Part shown: piece after piece, positions 25,152 to 26,165 of the stretch
Layout of the letters: every line of letters begins with the position of its first letter
Position numbering within the stretch: position 1 is the first letter of the stretch
Source: a virus
Taxonomy: Duplodnaviria; Caudoviricetes
IMG/VR virus record: IMGVR_UViG_3300021378_000140
Span: 1-26,165 of that record
DNA: 26,165 nucleotides
Reading direction: 5' to 3' (one strand)
Notes under the pieces: model-generated
What the model saw: the letters and a program-made list of their open reading frames with translations, nothing else
Told to the model about the DNA's origin: nothing
Database searches by the model: none
Made by a program: the position numbers and the translations under genes

Positions 25152-25165
25152 CTCCAGAGGAGTAA
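25046..25165 (+). CDS. 39-aa Cys/His, Lys-rich microprotein
   Basis: MKCPKCDEVLVIPAGRSKPVHACAEKPKRKTKKKEAPEE; AAGGAAG from repeat copy 1 lies at RBS distance. Confidence 0.5.
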   Translation: MKCPKCDEVLVIPAGRSKPVHACAEKPKRKTKKKEAPEE

Positions 25166-25168
25166 CTC

Positions 25169-25945
25169 ATGGCCCGTTTCTCAACTGCCAATGACATCAT
25201 CAACCGTGCTGCCGTGGAGGTGGGGCTTAATGCCGACACCGATCCGGTGGCGTCTACGGATGAGACGTATATCCAGATGTTGGCGTTGCTTGACTCACTG
25301 GGCCAGGAGTTGGTGAACCTGCACAACTGGCAGGGCTTAAAGAGCTTCATTGATGCCACAACGAATGCGACAAGCTTCGACACTCAGTTGGGTAGCGGGG
25401 TAACAATCGGCACGGGCGGTATCTACGACCTACCGGATGACTTTGACCACATGATTGACCAGACGGGTTGGGATCGTACCAACCGGGTGTCTCTTGGTGG
25501 GCCGTTGTCCTCGCAGGACTGGTCATACCTAGCGGGTCGTGATCTGGTGTCACAGTCTATCTATGCTTCTTTCCGGCTGGTGGACAATAAGCTGGCCCTT
25601 TACCCCCAGCCTGCCCCTGATGGGCTGAGAATCACCTTTGAGTATATGTCTAGATTCTGGGTGCGTGAGCAGGGCCAGAGCGTAAACAACCGTGAAACGG
25701 TAGGCAGTGGTTCGGACCTTGTTATGTACGACCCCCTACTGACCATTAAGTTCTTAAAGCTCAAGTTCCTTCAGGCCAAAGGCCTGCCCGCAGGTGATGC
25801 GGCGATGGAGTTTGAGACGATGCTGGAGTCACGCATTGGTAAGTCTGAGGGAGCGCCGGTCTTGAACGCCTCCCACAGGTCGCGTGGCTATCCTTACCTG
25901 TCTCCTTATTACAACACGGGCGACAGTGGCTTTGGGGGCGCTTAG
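25169..25945 (+). CDS. Head-tail adaptor (tail tubular protein A-like)
   Basis: GAGGAG RBS; ANDIINRAAVEVGL N-terminal helix, YDLPDDFD, LALYPQP, ITFEY; position after head genes. Confidence 0.72.
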   Translation: MARFSTANDIINRAAVEVGLNADTDPVASTDETYIQMLALLDSLGQELVNLHNWQGLKSFIDATTNATSFDTQLGSGVTIGTGGIYDLPDDFDHMIDQTGWDRTNRVSLGGPLSSQDWSYLAGRDLVSQSIYASFRLVDNKLALYPQPAPDGLRITFEYMSRFWVREQGQSVNNRETVGSGSDLVMYDPLLTIKFLKLKFLQAKGLPAGDAAMEFETMLESRIGKSEGAPVLNASHRSRGYPYLSPYYNTGDSGFGGA

Positions 25946-26165
25946 GTGTACTCTCGCCAGCGCACTTTAGGCCGCTTAGGTAGGTCTGCCCCACCGGCTG
26001 TTCAGGCATTCACTATCCCCGCCTCTGTGGCCGGTGTGGACGCCTTCAGTAGCTTGATGGCGATGGCACCCGATGCCTGCATCTACACCTACAATCTGAT
26101 GCCGGTGGAGTATGGCCTGCGTCTGCGCAAGGGTTACCGTGAGTGGGTGACCGGGTGCATTGAAT
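25946..26165 (+). CDS. Probable tail nozzle / DNA stabilisation protein, N-terminal part (3' truncated; not in the ORF track)
   Basis: GTG right after the adaptor stop; open to the window end: (M)YSRQRTLGRL...IPASVAGVDA...YNLMPVEYGLRLRKGY. Confidence 0.6.
   Translation, partial: MYSRQRTLGRLGRSAPPAVQAFTIPASVAGVDAFSSLMAMAPDACIYTYNLMPVEYGLRLRKGYREWVTGCIE

Overview
The whole window is part of a temperate, podovirus-like tailed phage genome seen in its unintegrated form, because an intact attP (the 23-bp 3' end of a tRNA-Asp) has phage genes on both sides. From left to right: the end of the tail/adsorption module (S74-chaperone tail fibre, Gly-rich adhesin, two lipoproteins); a reverse-strand accessory cluster (secreted SGNH hydrolase, an uncalled 50-aa secreted peptide); attP, int and xis; a leftward early operon (C5 methyltransferase, RadD-like helicase, Cas4-like nuclease, DUF669 SSB, AAA_24/Sak4-like ATPase); a cI/cro switch; a Prim-Pol/AAA_25 replicase; a ParB-fold protein with an unknown partner directly followed by ten GGCGCACCTT repeats where GC skew appears to flip; VRR-NUC; a reverse-strand membrane-protein/RHH operon with a near-consensus promoter; then terS, terL, portal, scaffold, major capsid, a paralogous gene pair, adaptor and the start of the tail nozzle. 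All calls come from reading motifs by eye; no database search or folding program was run. The strongest candidates for undescribed biology are the ParB-partner-repeat module, the accessory cluster beyond attP, a shared operator-like motif at three distant promoters, and twin identical-loop hairpins in the capsid leader.
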